Shown here piece by piece: positions 9,152-19,900 of a stretch of 64,000 nucleotides of DNA (positions are counted from its first letter, which is position 1; each line of letters opens with the position of its first letter). The stretch comes from Betaproteobacteria bacterium (GTDB taxonomy: Bacteria; Pseudomonadota; Gammaproteobacteria; Burkholderiales; JACQAP01): positions 426-64,425 of the forward strand of contig JBDTRK010000004.1 of assembly GCA_039931685.1 (NCBI GenBank). The letters are read 5' to 3'. Under the pieces are notes generated by a model. The model ran no database searches. It saw only the letters and a program-made list of their open reading frames with translations, and was not told the origin of the DNA. The position numbers and the translations under genes were made by a program.

Positions 9152-9540
9152 TGTCCTGAACGCTGGCCTGCCCATGTTCAATTCCCGGCGGCATTGCCGC
9201 CCTCGCATTTCTATTGTTCGGACCCGTTTGCCGATGCACGCATGCAATCGGAACGGATGTTACTTTCCATGCCCGCCGCGGCATTCGAGCCCTGGGCGCC
9301 GATTACGACAAAATGATGACGGACAACGACAAAATGGCGATGGGAAGGCGAATCACGCAAAAACGAACTTCCCTGATCGGCATACCGTCCTTTTCACGAT
9401 GTAAGTGTCCTCCTGCTCTTTGCCGATATCTGTACGATACCGAACATAACCGAGTACTCTAGGGTACATATCCTTCGAAGTGGCACGCTCGAGCAACCCG
9501 CTTCCCTGACCGATTCCTCTCGAGGAAATCGAGGTGTAAC

Positions 9541-10278
9541 GTGAAAACAAAAGCTCCCCCGTCAAAGATCCATCCTCCCAACATAAACCATTTGCTGGCC
9601 GCGCTGCCCCCGGCGGACTTTCAGCGCCTGCTGCCGAAGCTCGAACACGTTGCCTTGCCGCTCGGCTGGTCCGTCTATGAAGCCGGCGGCACGATGGATC
9701 ATGTGTTTTTCCCCACCGAGGGCATCATTTCCCTGCTCTATGTCATGGAGAACGGCGCCTCCGCGGAAATCGCGATCACCGGCAACGAAGGCCTGGTCGG
9801 GATTTCCCTGTTCATGGGAGGCGAAAGCACGCCGAGCCGCGCCGTCGTGCAAAGCGCCGGTCAGGGCTACCGGTTGCCGGCGAAGCTGCTCAAGCAGGAA
9901 TTCGAGCGCGGCGGCGAGCTGCAGCACTTGCTGCTGCGTTACACCCAGGCGCTGATCACGCAGATGGCACAGACCGCGGTGTGCAACCGCCACCATACGG
10001 TGGAGCAGCAACTGTGTCGCTGGCTCCTGCTCAGTCTGGACCGCCTGCCCACCAACGAGCTGCGCATGACCCAGGAACTGATCGCCAACATGCTGGGCGT
10101 GCGCCGCGAAGGCGTCACCGAGGCGGCCGGAAAACTGCAAACCGCCGGAATAATTGAGTACCACCGCGGCCAAATCACGGTGCTGGACCGGCCGCAACTG
10201 GAAAAACGCGTGTGCGAGTGCTACGCCGTGGTCAAGCGCGAATCAGACCGTCTTCTCATTCGTAAAATCGCCGCCTGA
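9541..10278 (+). CDS. Crp/Fnr-family transcriptional regulator
   Basis: cNMP-binding-like beta-barrel (VFFPTEGIISLLYVMENGASAEIAITGNEGLVG) and a C-terminal HTH (MTQELIANMLGVRREGVTEAAGKLQ). GTG start at 9541. Confidence 0.88.
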   Translation: MKTKAPPSKIHPPNINHLLAALPPADFQRLLPKLEHVALPLGWSVYEAGGTMDHVFFPTEGIISLLYVMENGASAEIAITGNEGLVGISLFMGGESTPSRAVVQSAGQGYRLPAKLLKQEFERGGELQHLLLRYTQALITQMAQTAVCNRHHTVEQQLCRWLLLSLDRLPTNELRMTQELIANMLGVRREGVTEAAGKLQTAGIIEYHRGQITVLDRPQLEKRVCECYAVVKRESDRLLIRKIAA

Positions 10279-10605
10279 TTGCGCGATGGCCGGCACCGGC
10301 CACGCAAGCTTCCTCATGCGCAGTCATGGCCGCGAACGCGCGCCGGTGGCCATTGGCCGCTAAAGCGGCGCTGATCAATCTTTGCTTCTCCCTCGAATCG
10401 ACCCGACCGTTCGTTGATGGCTTCGCCCGGACGGGCAAGGGCGATTGATCCTGCAGGCGCATCAAGCACTAGCGCGCCGCGATGGCAGCCTCGAAAAACC
10501 CGCCGTATGTACGACAACGCACAGATCAAGTCCGGGCCGGACGGCATCATGGCTTCCCCATGCGGAGTCGACCGTTCGGCTGCGCCAACCGAAAGGAAAG
10601 CAACC

Positions 10606-10755
10606 ATGCTTTACACCATCGCCGTAGTCCTGCTGGTTTTATGGCTCGTAGGCCTGGTCACCTCCACCACCATGGGCGGCCTCATTCACGTCCTGCTCGT
10701 GATCGCCGTCATCGTCGTCCTGGTGCGACTGCTCAGCGGGCGCAGCGCCGTATGA
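10606..10755 (+). CDS. lmo0937-family small membrane protein
   Basis: 49-aa two-helix hydrophobic peptide (MLYTIAVVLLVLWLVGLVTS...HVLLVIAVIVVLVRLL). The ATG is preceded by GAAAGGAAAG. Confidence 0.7.
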   Translation: MLYTIAVVLLVLWLVGLVTSTTMGGLIHVLLVIAVIVVLVRLLSGRSAV

Positions 10756-10804
10756 GCCGTCTGCGCGGGGCTGTCACGAAAACCGCAGCGACGTTGCGAT
10801 CACC

Positions 10805-11008
10805 ATGAAAGCCGCCGCATTGGCCCTGATTGCCGCAGGCATAGTTCTGGCCTTCTACGGCGTGAACGCCATGAACTCGGCCAGTTCCAGCCTGTCCCGA
10901 TTTTTCACCGGCGCGCCGACCGACCGGGCGATTTGGCTGCTGCTCGGCGGCGTTGCGCTGCTCGTCGCGGGGCTCGCCATACTGCTGCCCGGATTCAGGA
11001 AACATTAG
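10805..11008 (+). CDS. DUF3185-family small membrane protein
   Basis: 67 aa with two TM helices flanking a conserved-looking loop (SSLSRFFTGAPTDRAIW), ending in RKH. Confidence 0.7.
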   Translation: MKAAALALIAAGIVLAFYGVNAMNSASSSLSRFFTGAPTDRAIWLLLGGVALLVAGLAILLPGFRKH

Positions 11009-11162
11009 AAGGCGACCATCGTTGCGCAGGTTCGGGCCGGCGCCACTGCGCCGCAAACCGTAACCGGCAATGTCCCGGAACGCGACGGCCTTCCAAAATA
11101 AGGCCGATCGATTTGGTTCCCCTGCCGCTATGGACTCCACCCACAACAAAGGAGCAGAACAC

Positions 11163-11729
11163 ATGAAACCCACCGTGCTGAAGGATGTATCGAAGTCCCA
11201 ACCGACGCTGTCCGACATCCAGACGCTACGCAAGCGCGCGCGCCAGCACATCGAGCAGGGCGCCGTCACGTCGGGCTACGCAGCCGAACGCGAAACCGTG
11301 ATCAAATTGCTCAACGAAGCGCTCGCAACGGAAATCGTCTGCGTCCTGCGCTACAAGCGCCACTATTTCATGGCTGCCGGCATCCACGCTGCGCCAGTCG
11401 CTGCCGAGTTTCTGGAACATGCCACCGAGGAAATGCAGCACGCCGACAGCCTCGCCCGGCGCATAGTCGAACTGCGCGGCGAACCGAATTTCTCTCCGGA
11501 GGGTTTGTCGGAACGCAGTCACGCCGAATACGTCGAGGGTGCCTCGCTGAAAGAGATGATCAAGGAAGACCTGATCGCTGAGCGCATCGCCATCGAGAGT
11601 TACCGGGAAATGATCGATTACCTGGGCGAAAAGGACCCGACCACGCAGCGCCTGCTGAAGACCATCCTCGCCAGCGAGGAGGAACATGCCGAGGACTTGT
11701 CGTCGCTGCTGCAGGGCATGGGGAATTGA
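11163..11729 (+). CDS. ferritin-like / bacterioferritin-family protein
   Basis: Di-iron four-helix-bundle ligand motifs (LNEALATEIVCVLRY, EHATEEMQHAD, IAERIAIESY, ASEEEHAEDL). The ATG at 11163 is preceded by AAAGGAG. Confidence 0.85.
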   Translation: MKPTVLKDVSKSQPTLSDIQTLRKRARQHIEQGAVTSGYAAERETVIKLLNEALATEIVCVLRYKRHYFMAAGIHAAPVAAEFLEHATEEMQHADSLARRIVELRGEPNFSPEGLSERSHAEYVEGASLKEMIKEDLIAERIAIESYREMIDYLGEKDPTTQRLLKTILASEEEHAEDLSSLLQGMGN

Positions 11730-12078
11730 GGCTTTTCGGCGCCGCGAACGCGGCGCTTCATGCCATCGCCGGCAAGCGCGACGCACGACTCGATGGTCGC
11801 GTGCGACCGACGCCGGCGCCAACTTCCGCCGGCGCAATTCCCGTCCAACTGCTTGTCTCGCTATTTATTTCCGTATGGGCGGCAGCGCACAGAGAAAGTC
11901 CGGCCGGAAGCGGATAGTCATTTGCTGTACGGCGTGCCTCCGACGCCGGCGAAACTCGGCCGGAGTCTTCAGGAAAGTATTCCACTGCCTGCCGCCATTG
12001 GCCGCGGGCATTGCGGTAACGCCGTGTCGCCGCAGTGGCGGCCGGTATCGGTAGTCCATCCACCAAAAGGGAACCAGA

Positions 12079-12300
12079 ATGAATTGGGATCGCATCGAAG
12101 GTAACTGGAAGCAGTTCAGGGGCAACGTCAAGCAGCAATGGGGCAAACTTACGGACGATCAACTCGACGTGATCGCAGGCAAACGCGATCACCTTGCCGG
12201 AAAGATTCAGGAAACGTACGGCGTCTCCAGGGACGAGGCGGAAAAGCAGCTCACCAAGTGGCAGGACCTGCAGAAAGAAATCGCCCGCCCTGCGAAATGA
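12079..12300 (+). CDS. CsbD-family general stress protein
   Basis: MNWDRIEGNWKQFRGNVKQQWGKLTDDQLDVIAGKRDHLAGKIQETYG is the canonical CsbD pattern. Confidence 0.92.
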   Translation: MNWDRIEGNWKQFRGNVKQQWGKLTDDQLDVIAGKRDHLAGKIQETYGVSRDEAEKQLTKWQDLQKEIARPAK

Positions 12301-12376
12301 ACTCACGGGAGCGCTAAACGCGCCCGTACCGTCGCATTACCGCATCATTTACCCCCATCACCACCAAGGAATAACA

Positions 12377-12958
12377 ATGAATCAGCTCCACATCACGGCA
12401 ATCGCTCTCGCGGTCGGTTTCGCATTCAGCACCGGCGCGATGGCCAAAGGCATGTCAACCGGAGAATACAAGTCCGACAAGCGCGGTATCGAAACCGAGT
12501 ACAAGTCTGCCAAGGCGAATTGCGATTCGCTCTCGGCCAATGCCAAGGACATCTGCATGGCGCAAGCCCAGGGCAAGGAGCATGTTGCCAAGGCCGAACT
12601 CGAGGCCCGTTACAAGCCTTCCGCGAAAAACCACTACCAGGCGCGCATCGCCCAGGCGGACGCCGATTACGCGGTAGCCAAGGAAAAGTGTGATGACAAG
12701 GACGGCAACGTGAAAGACGTCTGCCTGAAGGAAGCCGAAGCCGCGCAGACAACCGCCAGGGCCAATGCCAAAGCACAGATGAAAACCTCGGATGCCAACG
12801 CGACCGCCGATGAGAAATCAGCCGACGCGCGCAAAGATGCAACGGCGGACAAGCGTGACGCCGCGTATGCCGTGGCCAAGGAAAAGTGTGACAGCTATGC
12901 CGGCGATGCCAAGGATCGCTGCCTGACCAACGCGAAGGCGCGTTTCGGCAAGTCGTAA
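12377..12958 (+). CDS. secreted protein with three Cys-pair repeats
   Basis: Signal peptide MNQLHITAIALAVGFAFSTGAMA. Three copies of AK-x-x-C-D-x6-7-KD-x-C: AKANCDSLSANAKDIC, AKEKCDDKDGNVKDVC and AKEKCDSYAGDAKDRC. The rest is Lys/Ala/Asp-rich and helical. Confidence 0.7.
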   Translation: MNQLHITAIALAVGFAFSTGAMAKGMSTGEYKSDKRGIETEYKSAKANCDSLSANAKDICMAQAQGKEHVAKAELEARYKPSAKNHYQARIAQADADYAVAKEKCDDKDGNVKDVCLKEAEAAQTTARANAKAQMKTSDANATADEKSADARKDATADKRDAAYAVAKEKCDSYAGDAKDRCLTNAKARFGKS

Positions 12959-13149
12959 GGCGCCGTCCGGTCCGGACGAACGTATCCGGCTTCCTTCGGG
13001 AAAGACTACCCCCGCCGCGGGCACCATCGCCGCGGCGGCGTCATGTCTGCTGGCGCATCAGCGGCGACCGTGTGCCGATACGCGTCGAATAGTGTGCAGG
13101 GAAAATCAACACCTTGATCGGCCGACGATCCCGCAGGAAGACGGGTTGC

Positions 13150-13890
13150 TCAGGCCAGCAACTTCGGCACCTGGGTACGCATGTTTTTGTACTGCTTTCT
13201 GATGAATTGATAGCACTCGCACGACTTCTTCTCGAGGCCGCGCTTGTCGACGACGAGGATGTGGCCACGCATATAGTCGATCAGCCGGAGATCCCGCAGG
13301 TGGGCAGCGCAGATCGATATCCCGGAGCGTCGCGCGCCGAGCACGGCAGCGACAGTGGAATGCAGCATCGGGAATTCTCGAGGCGCGTAATCGTGCATTG
13401 TCAGAATCCAGCGTGCGAGCCGTTGCTCCACGCTGTGGTACTGGGCGCAGGCGACGGATTGGCTGATTACGGCCACGAAGGCCTGCGTGTAGAGCAGCAG
13501 CAGGCGCTGCAGCGGACTGCCGAAACGGATCTCCTTGCGCAGGTCACGCGCCCTCATGCGTCGCGCGCTGCCGGCAAGCTGCACGACGGCCCGATCCGGC
13601 GTGGTAAGTCCGCCGAGGAAAATATTGATGCCCACCATGCCCTCGTTGCCGATAATGCCGACCTCGACGGTGCGGCCGTCATCCATGGCGTCGATCATGG
13701 CGACCACCGCGTCTTCCGGAAAGTACACGTACTCGATCTGCTGATTCGCGCGATAAACGATCGCGCCCCGCTGCAGCTCGACCTGCTCCATCTCGTCGAT
13801 CAGCCGCCTGTATTCCGTGCGCAGCAGCGCGCCCAGGATGCCGTTCCTGACGGAAACCTCCCCGGCTGCCAAGCGCGTCGTCAGTGCCAT
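13150..13890 (-). CDS. Crp/Fnr-family transcriptional regulator (paralogue of 9541..10278)
   Basis: YVYFPEDAVVAMIDAMDDGRTVEVGIIGNEGMVG plus a C-terminal HTH (MLHSTVAAVLGARRSGISICAAHLR). It lies 40 bp downstream of the glucan synthase stop on the same strand. Confidence 0.88.
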   Translation of the reverse strand: MALTTRLAAGEVSVRNGILGALLRTEYRRLIDEMEQVELQRGAIVYRANQQIEYVYFPEDAVVAMIDAMDDGRTVEVGIIGNEGMVGINIFLGGLTTPDRAVVQLAGSARRMRARDLRKEIRFGSPLQRLLLLYTQAFVAVISQSVACAQYHSVEQRLARWILTMHDYAPREFPMLHSTVAAVLGARRSGISICAAHLRDLRLIDYMRGHILVVDKRGLEKKSCECYQFIRKQYKNMRTQVPKLLA

Positions 13891-13930
13891 CTTATTTGCG
13901 CCTCATTTGGGCTCGCCCGCAGGCGCAGCA

Positions 13931-16900
13931 TCATGCACCGAGGGCTGGCGTGGGATGAATTCTGACCTCGACGGTATGTTCCCGGTGGTCGTCGACGAGG
14001 GCAATCGCCTGGTCGCGTTGTTCGACGCCGTCCACGGTCACTCGCGTAGGGCCGGTTCCATCGCGCGCATTCACCACGGCAATGCGGTAGACGGTCTGCC
14101 CGTGCAGGTAGCGCAAAGTGAAGCCCGCCCAGTCCGCAGGCAGGCACGGCGCGAAGCGCAGCGTACCCGCTTCGCGCCGCAGGCCGAGCAGGGATTCCAG
14201 GATCAAGCGGTACATCCAGCCGGCGGAACCCGTGTACCAGGTCCAGCCGCCGCGGCCGGTATGCGGGGAGACGGCGTAGACGTCGGCCGCGACTACGTAA
14301 GGTTCCACTTTATAAGTGGCGATCGCCTTTGCGGAGTTGGCATGATTGACCGGATTGATCAGGTTGAATAATTCCCACGCGCGCGCGTTGTCGCCCAGTT
14401 CGGCGAACGCCATGACCGCCCAGATGGCGGCATGGGTGTACTGGCCGCCGTTCTCGCGCACACCGGGAACGTAGCCCTTGATGTAGCCGGGGTTCAGGGG
14501 CGACTTGTCGAAGGGCGGATCCAGCAACTGAATCAGTCTATGGTCGCGGCGGACCAGGCGCTGGTCCAGCGAATTCATCGCCAGGCGCACGTGTTCGGGC
14601 TCCCCTGCTCCCGAGAGTACCGACCAGCTCTGCGCGATCGAATCGATCTGGCACTCCGTGTTGGCCGCCGACCCGAGGGGCGTGCCGTCATCAAAGTAGG
14701 CGCGGCGGTACCAATTGCCGTCCCAGGCGTGCTCTTCGATATTCGCGCGCAGCTGCGCCGCCTGCGTCTGGCAGCGTTCGGAGAACGCCGAGTCGCCGTG
14801 AGTGCGCGCGAGCGGCGCAAACTGCATCAACACCCGATACAGGAAGAAACCCAGCCACACGCTTTCCCCTTTGCCCTGCATGCCGACCAGATTCATGCCG
14901 TCGTTCCAGTCCCCGGAGCCCATCAGCGGCAGGCCGTGCACGCCGAAACTCAGGCCCTTTTCGATGGCGCGCACGCAATGCTGGTAAAGGGTCGCGCTGT
15001 CCCGGGAGCGTACGGGCAGGTCGTAATACGAATCGTCCTCCGGGTTGACCGGCCGGCCTTCGATGAAATGAATGGATTCGTTCAGCACGCTGGCATCGCC
15101 GCTGTTCAGGACATAGCGGCACACCGCCTCCGGCAGCCAGAGGAAGTCGTCGGAGCAATGTGTGCGCACCCCGCGGCCGGCGGGCGGATGCCACCAGTGC
15201 AGCACGTCGCCCTCGGAAAACTGGTGCGCGGCGCAACGCAGCAGATGCTCGCGCGCCAGCCGCGGCTCGGCATGCACCAATGCCATCGTGTCCTGCAACT
15301 GATCGCGAAAACCGAAGGCACCACCCGATTGGTAATAACCGCTCCTCGCCCAGAAGCGGCAGGCCAGCGTCTGATACAGCAGCCAGCCGTTGCAGAGCAC
15401 ATCGAGCGACGGGTCCGGCGTTTGCACCTGCACCACACTCAGCGCGCCGATCCAGAATTGGCGGATGGTTTCGAGCGACTTGCGCGCGGCTTCCGGCCCG
15501 CGCAAGCGCTGCACCAGGCCGCCCGCGTCGTCGCTGCCCTGCCGGCCCGCGGCGCCGAGCCTGAAAACGATTTCGCGCTCCTGCCCGTCCTCGAGCTCGA
15601 ACGGAACCTGGATCGCCGCGCAGGGATCCAGGCCCGCGCCCACCTTGTTGGACAGTTTCGAACGGCCCATTGCAAGCGGGTTCCTCAGCGTGCCGTTGCG
15701 CCCGACAAACTCGCGGCGATCCCCGCTGAAGGTCACGTTTGCCGTCCTCGTCGCATCGTTCGCGTCGAAGAAGGCAACGCGGTCGGCAAATTCGGGGCTG
15801 TAGGGATTGCGCGCGCACAGCGCGCCGCTCGACGGGTCGATCTCGGTGACGACGTGCATCGCCGATTTCGGCCGCAGGTCGCCCAGTACCCATTCCACGT
15901 AGCCGGTGGCGGAGAGCCGGCGCGGCCGCCCGGAGTTGTTGCGGATTTTCAGCACCGAGAACTTGACCGCCGCCTCCGCGTCCACATAGACGACGAGATC
16001 CGAGCTGATGCCCTCCTCGTCATGCTGGAACAGGCTGTAACCGAATCCATGGCGGATGACATAAGGCGTGCTTCCGGCGCAGGGCAACGGCGTGGGCGAC
16101 CAGAAATAGCCGCTCTCCTCATCGCGGATGTAAAGCGCCTCGCCGGTCGAATCGCTGACCGGATCATCGCCCCACGGCGTAAAGCGGAACTCATGGGCGT
16201 TTTCGCTCCACGTGTAGGCCGCGCCGGACTCCGAAATGACGGTGCCGAACTGGGCATTGGCGATGACGTTCACCCACGGCGCGGGAGTCGGTTGCCCCGG
16301 CGCGGTGGTAATGACGTACTCGCGTCCGTCCGCGGAAAACCCGCCGAAGCCGTTGAAGAACAGCAGATCGCTGCGCGGCAATACCATAGTAGCCGTCGCA
16401 TCGACGCCGCGGATCCGCGTGGGCACCAGGCGCGGCATGGATACCACGCGCCTGTCTTTCGAGCCGCTGCGAATGCGGGGCGGCAGCAGGTCGGGGATGG
16501 ACGCTTCGCGCCGCTCCTTCGAGCGGCGGCGGCTGATCTGGTCGGAGAGCGAGCCGCGGGCGTCGGTGATGATCGCGCGCGCAACCGTCTGGAACAAGGT
16601 GCGATCCTCGCTGGATATCTGCTCCGCGACCCTGACGAAGATGCCGCCGGGCCGGTCTGAGAGGTTCGCGGTCATGCCCGCGGCGATCAGCCCCATGATC
16701 TGTTCCTGCAGGAGCTGGCGGTATCCGGCGTGATCTTCGTTCCAGATCACCAGGTCGACCGCCAGGCCCTTGAGCCGCCAGTAGGCATGGGCCTGCACGA
16801 GTTGGCGCACCAGCTCGATATTCGCCGAGTCGCCGATCTGCAGCAGCACGATCGGCAGGTCGCCGGATATGGCATAGCCCCACAGGCCGGACTGGCCGCG

Positions 16901-19900
16901 CCGATTGCTGGTGAGAACGGCCGCGTCGGCCCGCAGCGAGGCATTGGCGTAAATGATCGAACCGGCCAGCCGCCCGTAGAGTTGCGCGTCGGATTCGGTG
17001 CCATTGATCTGGCGCAGGTTCACCCAGCCGTGCGTCCAGGCCAGATCGAAAACGCGGTCGGCAAGATGCCGGTCCCGGTACTTGCCGACCAGGGCCAGGG
17101 CCGCGGCGTGCGTTTCGCCGATGCCGGAAACCACGTCGATCGTCGCCGCCTGGCCAGCATCGAGCGTTATGCGATGGCGGATGGCCACGATCGGATCGAG
17201 TACCGAACCCTCACTGCCGGACAAGGCTCCGGCGCGGGTCATCGCCTGCGGGGATTCGGTGGTGCGGGCACGACCGATGAATTGCATGCGATCCGTTTCA
17301 TACGACACCTCTCCGGTCTCGGCGCCATGCACCGCCATCAGGTGGAACATCGAGGGCATGTGCTCGTCGACCGAGCGAGGCCGGCGGGTACACAGGATCG
17401 CCTGCCGGTCGCGCAGTATTTCGGTCTGCACGAACAGGTTGCTGAAGGCCGGATGCAGCGCATCGGCGGCGGCCGGCGCGAGTACCACCTCGGCATAGCT
17501 GGTGATGTCCAGGGTACGGCGCGAATTCGAGCGGTTGGTGATGCGTATGCGGCGCAGTTCGATGTCGTCTTCGGGCGAAACGACGATTTCAGTATAGGTT
17601 TCGATATTGTGGTCGCGGCGGCGAAACTCGGCCCGCCCCTCGGAGAATATCGCCTCGTAGGCGTCCGCGCGCTTGAGCGTCGGCTGGTGCGCGTTCGACC
17701 AGAACTCCCCGCTCGCCACGTCGCGCAAGTAGCAGAATGCACCCCAGTTGTCGCAGGTGGTGTCTTCGCGCCAGCGCGTGACCGCGATGTCCTTCCAGCG
17801 GCTGTAGCCGCCGCCCGCGTTCGTCACCATGACGTGATAGCTGCCGTTCGACAGCAACTGCACCTCCGGGATCGCAGTATCCGGGCTCGCAATCACGCGC
17901 ACCGGCATTTCCGGACCCGTCGAGCGCGCGTGGATGTCGAACAGGCCAGCGGTGCTCGAATGAAAAACCGCGGGCTTCGGAATCCGCTCCTGCAGCAGCA
18001 GCATCGTCGCCTGGAACAGCGGCTCCGAGGCGAATCGCTTCTGCATCGGGCTGTCGAGAATGAGCCGCCCCAGGGCCAGCAGGATCATGCCCTGGTGATG
18101 CGACATGAACGAACGCACGACGGCGCTCGATTGGCCGCGAGGCAGGCGCGACGGCGTGTAGTCGATCGCCTCGTAGAAACCGTATTTACCCTCGAATCCC
18201 GCGGCTGCGAGCCGCAGCAGGTTCTCGCACGCCGCCTCGGGCGAAACCATCAGCGCAAGCGCCGAGGCGTAAGGCGCGATGACCAGATCTTCGGTCAATC
18301 CGCGTTTGAGACCGAGACCGGGCACGCCGAAGGCGCGGTACTGGTAGTTGAGTCCGGTGTCGACCAGGTTATAGCCCGATTCGGACATGCCCCAGGGCAC
18401 GCCGCGCTGGTTCCCATAGGCAATCTGGCGCTGCACCGCCGCGCGGCAGGTCTGGTCGAGCAGCGTGTCTTCGTACCCCGGCATCACCAGCAACGGCATC
18501 AGGTACTCGAACATCGAACCGCTCCACGACAGCAAGGCCGGCTCGCCGCCGGTGCTGGTGAGCATGCGTCCGAGCGCAAACCAGCTTTCCTCCGGCAGTT
18601 TTCCCTGGGCGATTGCCACGAAGCTGGAAAAACGCGCTTCCGAGGCCAGCAGATCGTAATCGCTCGAATCGCGCCGGCCTTCGGTCACGTTGTAGCCGAT
18701 GGCCAGCAGGCGGCGCGCGTGGTCGTAGAGGAAGTCGTACTCCATGTCGGCGAACTCGCCCGCTTGCCTCGCGAGTTCCTCGATCTGCCCGATCCTCGCC
18801 TGCGCGCGACGGCCGGTCTCGTCATCGCGCGTTGCCAGCTCGCGCAACGTCGGAATGCCGCCGGACTCCGGCAGCGCGCGCGCCGTGCCGGGAAAGAACA
18901 ATGCAATTTCGTCGAGCGCGTCGCGGCTTTGCCGCTCGAGGGCTTGCGCCCAGTCCTGCGCCGCTGGCGCGGACGCGCCGTCGGCAGCGGCAATTTGCGC
19001 CGCGCGACTGGCGAGCTTCTCGACGAGCGTCCTCGCGGACTGCAGCGTAGTCGGGGCGAACTGCAAATCGGGCACCGAATCGTTTCCGGATAGGACGTCG
19101 TTCAGCAGGCTGGAGGTATCGCTCAAACCCTCGAACCATCGTGGCGCCAGGATCCTTGCGTCGCAAAGCGCGAGCAACCCCGCGCGCAGCGTAAGCAGAT
19201 AGCCGGCTAGGTTGCCGCTGTCGACCGACGAAACATACAGCGGCGCCAGCGGCTTCAGCGAGCTCGTGTCGTACCAGTTGTAGAAGTGGCCCTGGAAGCG
19301 CTCCAGCATCTGCATCGTGCGCAGCGTGTTCGCGGTGCGCTCGATCAACCGTCCAGCCGTGATATAACCGAAGTCATACGCGGAAAGACTCGCGAGCAAC
19401 GAGAACCCGATGTTGGTTGGCGAGGTGCGGTGCGCGAGCACGGCGGCGGGATGTTCCTGGTAATTGTCCGGCGGCAGCCAATGGTCCTCGGGACCGACGA
19501 AGCGCTCGAAGAACACCCACGTCTTGCGGGCAAGCTTGCGCAGAAAAGCCGTATCGAGACTCGTGAGCCTGGGCTCGCGGCGGGCACGCGGCTGACCGAG
19601 CCACCATGCGATGGCGGGAGAAGCAAACCAAAGCATGAGGACGGGCCCCGCCACGGCCAGCGCGGCGGGATTGTAGGCGCCGAGTTCAATTGCCGTGACG
19701 CAGGCGATCACCGGGGCGAACCACATCGAACGATACGATGCCGCAAGCTCGCTGCGTCCCTGCGCACGGCCTCGATTCTGTTCGCTCGACGCCGTCCATT
19801 CCAGCAATCCGGTCCGGGTCACCAGTACGCGCACCATCGTGCGCCCGATCGCGAGAACGCTGTAGAACGCCTCGTAGGGCAGACACGCCAGGGCGAACGC

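Noticed and set aside
9479-9495. Sigma-54-like TGGCAC...GC element (TGGCACGCTCGAGCA) upstream of the Crp-family gene.
   Set aside because: The GC of the -12 element is one position off, and the TTGC consensus is absent. I found no convincing -24/-12 promoter elsewhere by eye.
11739-11756. GC-rich hairpin (GCGCCGCG-aa-CGCGGCGC) after the ferritin-like gene as a terminator.
   Set aside because: The loop is too small unless the inner base pairs open, and no T-tract follows. It is too weak to list as a feature.
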